62,534 bases of DNA from Candidatus Saccharimonadota bacterium. GTDB lineage: Bacteria; Patescibacteriota; Saccharimonadia; Saccharimonadales; Saccharimonadaceae. This document shows positions 1-8,472 of this stretch, piece by piece; position 1 is the stretch's first letter; every line of letters starts with the position of its first letter. Where the stretch lies: assembly GCA_013333625.2 (NCBI GenBank), contig JABCOL020000001.1:1-62534 (forward strand), written 5' to 3'. Under the pieces are notes generated by a model. The model did no database searches. It was not told the DNA's origin and saw only the letters and a list, made by a program, of their open reading frames with translations. The position numbers and the translations under genes are program-made.

Positions 1-53
1 CCGGAATCGCGCTGTACGAGCTGGCGACGAGCGGCAAAACTGCCAAAAATGCC

Positions 54-125
54 TAAAATTTGCAAATTTTACGAAATAATTGCGAAAAGTATTGACTTCG
101 CAGTCCATATGTGATATATATATAT
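54..125 (+). promoter_or_regulatory. Cassette A promoter with upstream 18-bp palindrome
   Basis: TAAAATTTGCAAATTTTA 54-71; TTGACT 92-97, 17-bp spacer, TG-A-TATATA 112-120; same geometry in copies B and C. Confidence 0.7.
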
Positions 126-133
126 TAGCTTTT

Positions 134-183
134 CGCTCAAGTCATCACAAACAAAGGGCGAGAAGTGCCCTTTTACTTGAGCG
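134..183 (+). ncRNA. Structured 5' leader, copy A
   Basis: CGCTCAAGT 134-142 pairs ACTTGAGCG 175-183; AAAGGGC 153-159 pairs GCCCTTT 167-173; loop GAGAAGT; 10-nt 5' bulge. Confidence 0.7.
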
Positions 184-199
184 TGATTCTGGAGGAATC

Positions 200-616
200 A
201 TGAAGAGCTTTTTTGTTCACATCGTCGAGTTTCTTGCGCTGTTCGCCGCGGGTATCGCGGCCAGCCAGCTCATCAAGGGAGGACACCCCGCACTCTGGGT
301 GAGCATTCTCGTTATCTACGCGGGCATCATGTTGATGCGGCTCTGGTTTTCGAGAGTGGATCTCTCCATTAACAAGACACAGAAAGAGCTCCTGGAGGGG
401 CGTTTGACCACCGTGACGGCGCAGATGCGCCGGCTCGAGCTCGCACTCGTGGAGGCCTCCGTCGAGACCCTCTGGGTCTCGAGTGTTACTGAGGACGATG
501 ACGAAACCGTCTATGTAATCGAAACACCTAATCACGGGTGTTTCGTCATCATGACTCCAGCCGACAACGCCACCAAGAATGACAAGGACGCCCCCGCGGC
601 GCCCAACAAGGGCTAA
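200..616 (+). CDS. Hypothetical membrane protein, 138 aa, two N-terminal hydrophobic helices (cassette A cargo)
   Basis: GGAGG 191-195 before ATG 200; in frame with ORF 80..616; 10 of 15 Leu codons are CTC. Confidence 0.8.
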   Translation: MKSFFVHIVEFLALFAAGIAASQLIKGGHPALWVSILVIYAGIMLMRLWFSRVDLSINKTQKELLEGRLTTVTAQMRRLELALVEASVETLWVSSVTEDDDETVYVIETPNHGCFVIMTPADNATKNDKDAPAAPNKG

Positions 617-690
617 CCGCCCGCCTGAAAATAGCCCGCCTAGAGGCCACCAGCCTCGGCGCAAGGCCTTTCTGGCGGGCTATTTTCTTT
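617..690 (+). terminator. Cassette A 3' structure, probably also terminating convergent dnaE
   Basis: GAAAATAGCCCGCC 627-640 pairs GGCGGGCTATTTTC 674-687; inner hairpin GAGGC/GCCTC 643-657; T-rich tail. Confidence 0.75.
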
Positions 691-713
691 GGTCAAAATT
701 ATCTTACCCTAAT

Positions 714-3700
714 CTATTTCACTTTGACGCATTCGTCGCCCAGCAGTTCGGCCAGGCCAGCGCGCAAGTTGCGCTGGGCATCGACCCGAAACGGCAGGCG
801 GATGGCATTGGATTTATCTTCGCCCAGAATCATAATGATGTCGTTTTGGCCAGGATTTTGGCTGCACAGTTTCTTGAGCGAGACTAGCAAGTCGCGGTCG
901 CTTGGATTCTTGACTTTGACATAGACAGTTTCTAGCTTTTCCAGCGGCTTGGCGATAATCGCTGGCGCCGCTTTGGCACTGGCTGCAGCCGTCACAGCTG
1001 GCGCGCCGTTAGCGTTTTTGCGCGGATAGCGCTTGCCTTTGACGGTCGCGCGGCCTTTCGGCGCCGTCATTTTGCGGCCGTGGCTTTGGTATTCGTTGAG
1101 CTCTTTGTCGGTGACGATATTGACTTCGTCGGCAATGACTTTGGCTTCATCAGTCATGTTGCCGTCGCGGTCGCGGGCGTTAACAGTACCGCTAACTTTC
1201 AGCACGGCGTCTTGCTGCAGGCTGTCGCCTAACTGTTCGTACAATCTCGGGAAGACAATCAGCTCCATTTCGCTAGTTTTGTCTTCGATACCGACAAACG
1301 CCATTTTGGTGCCAGCCTTGGTGACGATAGTGCGAATCGTCGATACCAAGCCGCCGACCGACACTTTCTGCCCGTCGATTTGCGGCGTGCAGGCATGCAG
1401 CGGAATGGTCTGCTCCTCGAAAAAGGCATCGTAGTTATCTAATGGATGCGCGCTAATGTAAAGGCCCAGCAATTCGCGCTCCCACATCAGCTGTTCTTTA
1501 CTGGTGTATTTGACTGGCGAAGCCTTCAGTTCTACCGACGGCATCAATTTGTCGCCGCCGAGCGCCGCGAACATATCAACTTGCCCGCTGAGCGCTTCCT
1601 TTTGCAGCTTGCTGGCAAAAGCTAGAATCGTATCGAGATTAAATAGCAAATCGCTGCGGTCGCCTAGCGCGTCAAAAGCACCGGCTTTGACCAGCGATTC
1701 CCAAGCTTTGCGATTAACCTTGCTGGTACTGACACGTTTGGCAAAATCCTCGACTGATTTGAACGGGCCGGCCGCCTCGCGGGCGCGGATAATCTCTTCG
1801 ACTGCACCGACGCCGACGCCTTTGACCGCTGCCATGCCGAAACGGACTTGCTTGGCAGCGGGCACCACGCCGAACTCGACGTATGATTGATTGACGTCTG
1901 GTGCCAACACTTCCAAGCCCATATGCTTGCACTCGGTGATTTCAATCGCCAGGCGGTCGATATCGTCGTGATCGCTGGTCATTAGCGCCGCCATGAAAGC
2001 GTCCGGATAATGTGCTTTTAGATAGGCCGTCCAATAAGCAATTAAGCCGTAGCAAGCAGCGTGGCTTTTGTTGAAACAATAGTTAGCGAACTCCTCCAGC
2101 TGCGTCCAGAAGGTTTCCGCCATTTCGCGCGTGGCGCCGCCGACCTTGACCGCGCCCTCGACAAATTCCGGCTTAACTTTTTTCATTAGGTCGATTTTTT
2201 TCTTACCGACGGCTTTACGCAGCGTATCAGCTTGACCGCCAGTAAAACCGCACCATTCCTTAGAAATTTGCATAAATTGTTCTTGGTAAACCAGAATTCC
2301 GTAGGTGTTTTCCAGCGAATTGCGCATGCCCTCGTGCAAGTAGGTAATCGGCTCTTCGCCGTGCTTGCGGCGAATAAAGCTATCGATAAACTGCATCGGC
2401 CCCGGGCGGTACAAAGCCACCATAGCGATAATATCCTCGAAATGCGTCGGTTTGAGCGCCCGCAGATAGCGTTTCATGCCCGCCGATTCTAATTGGAACA
2501 CGCCAGTGGTGTCGCCGCGCTGAAATAGCTTGTATGTTGGCTTGTCGTCAAGCGGCAAGTGCGCCAGATCGATTTCCTCGCCGTAAACTTTTTTGATAAT
2601 ACGCATGGCATTATTGATAATCGTTAAGTTTGAAAGGCCTAAAAAGTCCATCTTCAGCAAGCCCAGCTCCTCAACTTCGCCCATCGGGAATTGCGTGGCC
2701 ACCACGCCTTTTTGCGCCATTTCTAGCGGAATATAATTGACCAGCGTATCCGGCGCAATCACCACGCCGCAGGCATGAACGCCGTGGCTGCGAATCGTTC
2801 CTTCGAGCTGTATAGCATAATCCAGAACTTCTTTGGCGGTAGGGTTATTCTCATACTCCTTGCGCAAATCGGCGTCTTCTTTGACGCTAACCGACAGCGG
2901 AATGTGCCGGCCCTGGTTCGGCGGCGGTACCAACTTAGCCAAGCGATCGCTCTCGGCGTACGGCACTTCCAGCACCCTGGCGACATCGCGCACCGCCATG
3001 CGGCCAAACATCTTACCAAAGGTAGCGATATTGCTGACGTGGTCTTCGCCGTATTTTTTAGCGCAATATTCAATCACTTCGTCGCGGCGAGTATCTTGGA
3101 TATCAACGTCGATATCCGGCATGGAAATACGATCTGGATTAAGAAAACGCTCAAACAGCAGACCGTACTTCAGCGGATCAAGGTCAGTAATGTTCAGTGC
3201 GTAGGCAATAATCGATCCGGCGGCGCTACCCCGGCCCGGGCCAAAGACAATTCCTTGAGATTTACCCCAGTTAATAAAATCCTGAACGATTAAGAAATAG
3301 CCCTCATAACCCATATTACCCATCACGCCCAGCTCCATCTCGGCGCGCTGGCGAACTTCGTCAGACAATTGCGGGATGATATCTTCAGGATCTAGCTTCT
3401 CAGCTTCCTCTTTCGAAGCGCCATTATAACGCTGCAATAGACCTTGATAAGTCAACCTCAGCAGATACGAGTGCTCGTTCTCGCCTTCAGGCAGCGGATA
3501 TTTAGGAATAAGAATACGGCCCAGCTCAATTTCAACATTACAGCGGTCAGCCACCTTTTTAGTGTTACGAATTACCTCGGGATATTCCTCTCCCCAGTGA
3601 GCAATGATGTCGCGCGGGTCGGTCAAGTGCAGCTCAAAATCCTTCAAGCTCATCCGCTTTTCATCGCTCAAGTACGAACCAGTACCGACACATAGCAAAA

Positions 3701-4415
3701 TTTCGTGCGCGTCTTGGTGATCATGCGTTAAGTAGTGGCCATCGCAAGTTACCACCATCTCGATGTCCAGTTCCTTCGATAATTTAATCAAGCCTTCGTT
3801 GATTTTTGCCTGGACATCCCAGTGTGTGTTTGACTTTGGATGGCCGTGGTCTTGTAATTCCAGATAGTAGCGGTCGCCCAGAATCGATTTGTACCATTTG
3901 GCTATATCGCGGGCGCGATCGTAATCGTCTTCTTTGAGAGCTACGCCAATTTCACCGCTAGCACAGCCGCTCATCACAATCAAACCTTCATTCAACTCCT
4001 CTAGTAAGTCGTGATCAATCCGCGGTTTGTAGTACATTCCCTCCAGATTGGCCTGCGTCGATAGCTTCATCAAATTATGAAAGCCGGTGTTGTTCATCGC
4101 TAGCACCGTCAAGTGAAAGCGCTGCTTGTCCTTGGCTGGGTCGCGATCAAAGCGCGAGCGCGCCGCTACGTATGTCTCGACACCAAGGATCGGCTTAATG
4201 CCAGCCTTTTTGGCAGTTTTATAATAGTCAAGGATGCCGCTCATCGTGCCGTGGTCGGTTACTGCCGCCGCTTCCATGCCGAACTCCTTGACCTTATCAA
4301 CCAAATCATTGATTTTAGTCAAGCCGTCTAGCACCGAATGAAAGGTATGATTATGCAGGTGCACGAAATCGCTCGGTTGCAGCGCCGGCTGGCCTTGTGT
4401 TGAATTACTACCCAT
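714..4415 (-). CDS. dnaE: DNA polymerase III alpha subunit
   Basis: PHP domain (HLHNH, TDHG), GRGSAAGS, PDIDVD catalytic motif, FNKSHA, C-terminal OB fold. Confidence 0.98.
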   Translation of the reverse strand: MGSNSTQGQPALQPSDFVHLHNHTFHSVLDGLTKINDLVDKVKEFGMEAAAVTDHGTMSGILDYYKTAKKAGIKPILGVETYVAARSRFDRDPAKDKQRFHLTVLAMNNTGFHNLMKLSTQANLEGMYYKPRIDHDLLEELNEGLIVMSGCASGEIGVALKEDDYDRARDIAKWYKSILGDRYYLELQDHGHPKSNTHWDVQAKINEGLIKLSKELDIEMVVTCDGHYLTHDHQDAHEILLCVGTGSYLSDEKRMSLKDFELHLTDPRDIIAHWGEEYPEVIRNTKKVADRCNVEIELGRILIPKYPLPEGENEHSYLLRLTYQGLLQRYNGASKEEAEKLDPEDIIPQLSDEVRQRAEMELGVMGNMGYEGYFLIVQDFINWGKSQGIVFGPGRGSAAGSIIAYALNITDLDPLKYGLLFERFLNPDRISMPDIDVDIQDTRRDEVIEYCAKKYGEDHVSNIATFGKMFGRMAVRDVARVLEVPYAESDRLAKLVPPPNQGRHIPLSVSVKEDADLRKEYENNPTAKEVLDYAIQLEGTIRSHGVHACGVVIAPDTLVNYIPLEMAQKGVVATQFPMGEVEELGLLKMDFLGLSNLTIINNAMRIIKKVYGEEIDLAHLPLDDKPTYKLFQRGDTTGVFQLESAGMKRYLRALKPTHFEDIIAMVALYRPGPMQFIDSFIRRKHGEEPITYLHEGMRNSLENTYGILVYQEQFMQISKEWCGFTGGQADTLRKAVGKKKIDLMKKVKPEFVEGAVKVGGATREMAETFWTQLEEFANYCFNKSHAACYGLIAYWTAYLKAHYPDAFMAALMTSDHDDIDRLAIEITECKHMGLEVLAPDVNQSYVEFGVVPAAKQVRFGMAAVKGVGVGAVEEIIRAREAAGPFKSVEDFAKRVSTSKVNRKAWESLVKAGAFDALGDRSDLLFNLDTILAFASKLQKEALSGQVDMFAALGGDKLMPSVELKASPVKYTSKEQLMWERELLGLYISAHPLDNYDAFFEEQTIPLHACTPQIDGQKVSVGGLVSTIRTIVTKAGTKMAFVGIEDKTSEMELIVFPRLYEQLGDSLQQDAVLKVSGTVNARDRDGNMTDEAKVIADEVNIVTDKELNEYQSHGRKMTAPKGRATVKGKRYPRKNANGAPAVTAAASAKAAPAIIAKPLEKLETVYVKVKNPSDRDLLVSLKKLCSQNPGQNDIIMILGEDKSNAIRLPFRVDAQRNLRAGLAELLGDECVKVK

Positions 4416-4526
4416 ATCTTATGCTTATTATAGCGCAGACTACGCGGTTTTTGAAGATGCGCCGCACCAGCCTGCCTGCACTCTTGGCGCAGTAATTTTA
4501 AGGAGTAAAGAAGCTATTTCGTAACG

Positions 4527-4859
4527 CTAGCGCCGGCTATTTTGCATAACGCTGAGTATTTGGTCGATAAAGCCAGCCACACTCGGGACAAGTTGGCCGG
4601 TGAGATTAAGCACCCAAACCAACAACACAATCAGCATAGTACCACCTAAAAGCGACCCAAAACCGAAAAATATACCGCGAAAAAAGTTAATCTTGTAAAT
4701 TTCGTAGCGATTGCGATTGAAGTCGTTGAACAGCTCCTCGAGCAGCGCCTGGCGCGAGCCTTTTTCGTTGTCATCGTGCAGACGCTGAGCCATGCGGGCG
4801 AAGATATTATTGTGCTTTTTAGCCATAGATTTAGTTTGCCACAACTCGCCAGTTTTCAC
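4527..4859 (-). CDS. Small membrane protein, DUF5665-like (start possibly 4826)
   Basis: NFFRGIFFGFGSLLGGT followed by a hydrophobic helix. Confidence 0.65.
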   Translation of the reverse strand: MKTGELWQTKSMAKKHNNIFARMAQRLHDDNEKGSRQALLEELFNDFNRNRYEIYKINFFRGIFFGFGSLLGGTMLIVLLVWVLNLTGQLVPSVAGFIDQILSVMQNSRR

Positions 4860-4920
4860 AATAAAAAAGCGCCCTGATTTACAGCAAAACAGAGCGCCTT
4901 GAGTATTTGATTAGCTACAA

Positions 4921-5238
4921 TTATTTGCGCTTGCTTGGGCGGCTAAATTCGTCCTTGGCGGCGTTTGCAGCACGGACGGTGCGGTCGCTATAGTCGTCAA
5001 CGGTTTTGCGGCCTTCTTCGACGGCAGCATTAGCTTTGTTGCGGACATCGCTATAAACCTTCTCGCCCTTGGCCTTGACCTCTTCGGCTTTTTCGCCAGC
5101 TTCGTTCTTTAGTTCGTTAGCCTTTTTCTTGAGATCAGCACGAGTTTCTTTGCCTGATTTTGGCGCTGTTAGCACTCCGGCAACCACCCCGGCAACTGCG
5201 CCAAAGAGCGCTCCCAAAACAAATTTACGTTTTGACAT
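4921..5238 (-). CDS. YtxH domain protein
   Basis: FVLGALFGAVAGVVAGVLTAPKSGKETR then charged helical tail; GGAGG RBS. Confidence 0.88.
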   Translation of the reverse strand: MSKRKFVLGALFGAVAGVVAGVLTAPKSGKETRADLKKKANELKNEAGEKAEEVKAKGEKVYSDVRNKANAAVEEGRKTVDDYSDRTVRAANAAKDEFSRPSKRK

Positions 5239-5240
5239 AA

Positions 5241-5501
5241 TTAGTCCTCCTTATTTTTATGTTTTTTGGTTTTGTACATCATCGATTTGATGATCTTGGC
5301 GATTGCTGCCGGCGCCACCATAGCAGCCGCGCTATTGGCGACCGACTCTACCTTGAGGGCAGTGCGTTCGGCTGCGCAAGCCACCCGTTTGATTTGGCGG
5401 GAGATCTGGATTAGCTTGATCGTCAAGATAATTGCTAGCAGCAAGAACAACGCCAAAGCTGCCGCCAAAATGATGACAAGTATTTGAGCCCATTCCATCA
5501 A
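5241..5501 (-). CDS. Small membrane protein (DUF948-like, typical YtxH neighbour)
   Basis: N-terminal TM helix plus amphipathic helix; adjacent to ytxH-like gene. Confidence 0.6.
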   Translation of the reverse strand: MMEWAQILVIILAAALALFLLLAIILTIKLIQISRQIKRVACAAERTALKVESVANSAAAMVAPAAIAKIIKSMMYKTKKHKNKED

Positions 5502-5588
5502 TATTTGCGCTCCTTTTTGTTTATTTTTATACTGCTTTTGCAGCTATACTCTCATTATACCACGTTCTGTCAGAAAAAGCTAGTGCTT

Positions 5589-6494
5589 TTAGCGATTTTC
5601 GCCATTAATTCGCGATTGTAAGAACTGCCGCAGCGCTGGACCGAGTTTTTGATGTTTCAATCCGAAATCAACCACGGTTTTGATGTATTCCAATTTATCG
5701 CCGGTATCATAATACGTGCCATTGGTGATTTCTACGCCGTAAAAGTCAAACCCGTCGTCGATCATCTCTTGCATAATTGGCTGGACAGTGAATTCGCCGC
5801 GGCCATCAAAGTCATCGCGAGCCCGCTCGAGATAGCCGAAGAACTCGCCCGGCAGCAAATAGCTGCTGACGCTCGCCAAGTCGGACGGTGCGTTAGCTTT
5901 ACCAGGTTTTTCAACGATATTGGTCATTTTGATGACGCCGTCTTTAATTTGCTGGCCATTGATAACGCCGTAACGATCAAATTCCGAATCGTCGGTAATT
6001 TTCTTACACGACAGAATTGCCCCGTCGAGCTGCTGCGATGCCTCAATCATTTGCCGGAAACGGCTTGGGCTAGCGGCAATGAAATCGTCTGCGAAGGTAT
6101 AAATCACCGGTTCATCATGGCGAATTAAATGCGAGGCGCAAGCCAGCGGCGTCGCATTACCATAAGGACCTTTCTGGCGGATATAGACGAAGTTGGCCAT
6201 CTCGGACAGACGCTGAACGATGTCGATTAGCGGCTGCTTTTTGGCGCCGCCAGCACGCAAGTTAGCTAATAACTCTTCGTTCGGCGTATCAAAGTGATCC
6301 TCGATCGCCCGCTTGTTGGCACTACCGATGATAATGATATCCTTAATGCCAGCCTCAACCAATTCCTCGACGACATACTGGATGATCGGCTTGTCGATCA
6401 GTGGCAGCATTTCTTTAGGCATGGCTTTGGTTTGCGGTAAAAATCGGGTACCGAAACCAGCGGCAGCGATGATAGCTTTGGTTGGTTTTTTCAT
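5589..6494 (-). CDS. galU: UTP--glucose-1-phosphate uridylyltransferase
   Basis: AAGFGTRFLPQTKAMPKEMLP signature; VEKP motif. Confidence 0.9.
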   Translation of the reverse strand: MKKPTKAIIAAAGFGTRFLPQTKAMPKEMLPLIDKPIIQYVVEELVEAGIKDIIIIGSANKRAIEDHFDTPNEELLANLRAGGAKKQPLIDIVQRLSEMANFVYIRQKGPYGNATPLACASHLIRHDEPVIYTFADDFIAASPSRFRQMIEASQQLDGAILSCKKITDDSEFDRYGVINGQQIKDGVIKMTNIVEKPGKANAPSDLASVSSYLLPGEFFGYLERARDDFDGRGEFTVQPIMQEMIDDGFDFYGVEITNGTYYDTGDKLEYIKTVVDFGLKHQKLGPALRQFLQSRINGENR

Positions 6495-6535
6495 AATCTA
6501 GCTCCTATTCTGTCCTCTTCCTGAAGTGTCGAACT

Positions 6536-8047
6536 TTATAATTTTTCGCGGATTAATTTCTGAGCGAGGCTCGGGTTGGCTTGGCCTTTGGAACGCTTCA
6601 TGACTTGACCGACTAAGTAGCCTATGGCTTTGTCTTTACCAGCTTTAATGTCGGCAATGGAAGCTGCCGAGGCCGGGTCGTTCAATACTTCGTCAACGAT
6701 GGCGGCGATGGCTGATTCGTCGGATACCTGCAACAAGTTCTTTTCCTTGGCGATATCCTCCGGCATAACGCCAGCGTACTTTTCATTGAATAAATCGAGA
6801 AAGATTTCCTTGGCACTGTTCGAACTAATCGTCCCCTTCTCAGCCAGCAGAGCCAAGTGCGTCAAGCGGCGCGGACCGACTAGTCCAGACTCAACTTTTT
6901 GATAGTCTAATTGTTCGTCTGGCGTAGAGGCAAATAAGTTAAAAATCCGTTTAGTTAGCCGATTGTAAGTCTGGCGATCAACATTCAAATCCTCCAGTAC
7001 TGACTGCTCGTTGCTATCAGTCAGAGAGTAAATGGCATCCAAAGTTTTAGCAGCTTCCTGATGAGCTAGCACCGTATCAATTACCGAATGATCCAACTTC
7101 AAACCTACCCAGCGTTCTCGATACTCGTTCGGCAACATCGGCACCTCAGCCTGAATCTGCGCAATTTCCTCATCGCTCAGCACCACTGGCGGAATGTCGG
7201 CATCAGGCATGTAGCGGTAATCCTGGGCGTCCTCTTTCGAGCGCTGTGAAGTGGTGACCTGCTGGTCGTCACTCCATCCGCGAGTTTCCTGGACCACCGG
7301 CTCGCCGCGCTCCAATAGATCAACTTGGCGCTTAAATTCGTATTCAGCGGCACGCTCGACGCTGCGGAACGAGTTGAGGTTTTTGACTTCTGCACGCTTA
7401 CCAAGCTCCGCTGCGCCCTTTTTAGCCACCGAAATATTGACATCAAACCGCATATTGCCATGGTACAAATCACCATGCGTGACGCCAGCATACACCATCA
7501 ATTTGTGCAGCTCCGAAGCGTACGCCTTAGCCTCCTCGGCAGAATGCATGTCTGGCTCAGAGACGATTTCAATCAACGGCGTACCAGCGCGGTTGAGGTC
7601 GACCAATGAATAGCCGTCGTGGTGCGTCAACTTGCCAGCGTCCTCTTCCATGTGCGCATGATGAATCCGCACTCGTTTGAGCGAACCGTCTTCTAGCGGC
7701 GCATCGACATGGCCAGCCAAGATGATTGGCTGGTACATCTGCGAGGTCTGATAGCCCTTTGGTAAGTCAGGGTAGAAATAATGTTTGCGATCAAACCGGC
7801 TAACGCGAGCAATCGGTGCATTCAACGCTTTACCGGCGCGCACCGCCAGCTCGACAGCGTGCTTATTCAGCACCGGCAGCATCCCCGGCAGACCAAAGTC
7901 AATCTCGTGCGTTTTTTCGTTCGGCTCGGCATTACGAGCATCATTATCAGCCGGGCTAAACAGCTTGGTCTTGGTCGCCAGCTGGACATGGCACTCGATG
8001 CCAATGGTCATTTCATATTGTTGTAAAATTTCGTCGGATACTGCCAT
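6536..8047 (-). CDS. gatB: Asp/Glu-tRNA amidotransferase subunit B
   Basis: IGIECHVQL, RKHYFYPDLPKGYQ, HMEEDAGK, YRYMPD motifs. Confidence 0.97.
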   Translation of the reverse strand: MAVSDEILQQYEMTIGIECHVQLATKTKLFSPADNDARNAEPNEKTHEIDFGLPGMLPVLNKHAVELAVRAGKALNAPIARVSRFDRKHYFYPDLPKGYQTSQMYQPIILAGHVDAPLEDGSLKRVRIHHAHMEEDAGKLTHHDGYSLVDLNRAGTPLIEIVSEPDMHSAEEAKAYASELHKLMVYAGVTHGDLYHGNMRFDVNISVAKKGAAELGKRAEVKNLNSFRSVERAAEYEFKRQVDLLERGEPVVQETRGWSDDQQVTTSQRSKEDAQDYRYMPDADIPPVVLSDEEIAQIQAEVPMLPNEYRERWVGLKLDHSVIDTVLAHQEAAKTLDAIYSLTDSNEQSVLEDLNVDRQTYNRLTKRIFNLFASTPDEQLDYQKVESGLVGPRRLTHLALLAEKGTISSNSAKEIFLDLFNEKYAGVMPEDIAKEKNLLQVSDESAIAAIVDEVLNDPASAASIADIKAGKDKAIGYLVGQVMKRSKGQANPSLAQKLIREKL

Positions 8048-8472
8048 TAGATTGCTCCTAAATCTTTCAATGCTTGTTTGTAAGCGGCCAGAGCGCGGCG
8101 CGCAATATCATAATTTATCTTGACATCAGCTTCGTGCGCGATATGGTTGCGAATTTTGTGCGCGCCCCAGATATGGTTGGCGTTCGACCAAACCTTACCA
8201 GCGGCCTTCATGCGCTCGCCCATAGTCTCGCCCTTGTAGCGGCTATCGCGCAAGGCTTTGTCAACAAGCTTATCAGCGTTGAGGATAGCTAGCTGCCAAC
8301 TGGGAGCGCTTTCTTTGTCGAGACTATTTTCGATCGCCAGCCAGCGGGCGCGGAATTTTTCAACTTTGAGCTTCGGCGAACGCTTGCTAGCAAAGGCAAT
8401 GAAAACTGTGCCGACAATCGCCAAGATTAGTACCGCGATCAAAATGAACCACGTTGCGAAATTATTATTCAT
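8047..8472 (-). CDS. Membrane-anchored hypothetical protein with HEPN-like Rx4H motif
   Basis: N-terminal TM; GETMGERMK...RNHIAH; overlaps gatA stop and gatB start. Confidence 0.7.
   Translation of the reverse strand: MNNNFATWFILIAVLILAIVGTVFIAFASKRSPKLKVEKFRARWLAIENSLDKESAPSWQLAILNADKLVDKALRDSRYKGETMGERMKAAGKVWSNANHIWGAHKIRNHIAHEADVKINYDIARRALAAYKQALKDLGAI

Larger units (their letters stand above)
35..690 (+). repeat. Cassette copy A: promoter + 5' hairpin + variable ORF + 3' structured element
   Basis: Flanks align by eye with 49311-49700 and 51078-51570 (TTGAC-N17-TATATA, YGCTCA hairpin, GAAAATAGCYCGC...GGCGGGCTATTTTC); enclosed ORFs are unrelated. Confidence 0.85.

Noticed and set aside
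80..199. N-terminal extension of ORF 80..616 from TTG 80
   Set aside because: It runs through the conserved promoter and leader; the SD supports ATG 200.
173..664. 163-aa minus-strand ORF
   Set aside because: Antisense shadow of the GC3-rich cargo ORF with no RBS or promoter.
617..690. Cassette 3' inverted repeat as an integron attC site or IS/MITE end
   Set aside because: No RYYYAAC/GTTRRRY cores at the arms, no terminal inverted repeats or target duplication seen, no integrase or transposase in the window, and G.U asymmetry favours RNA.
724..4331. Many short ORFs overlapping dnaE (and other long genes)
   Set aside because: Antisense or off-frame shadows of well-supported genes.
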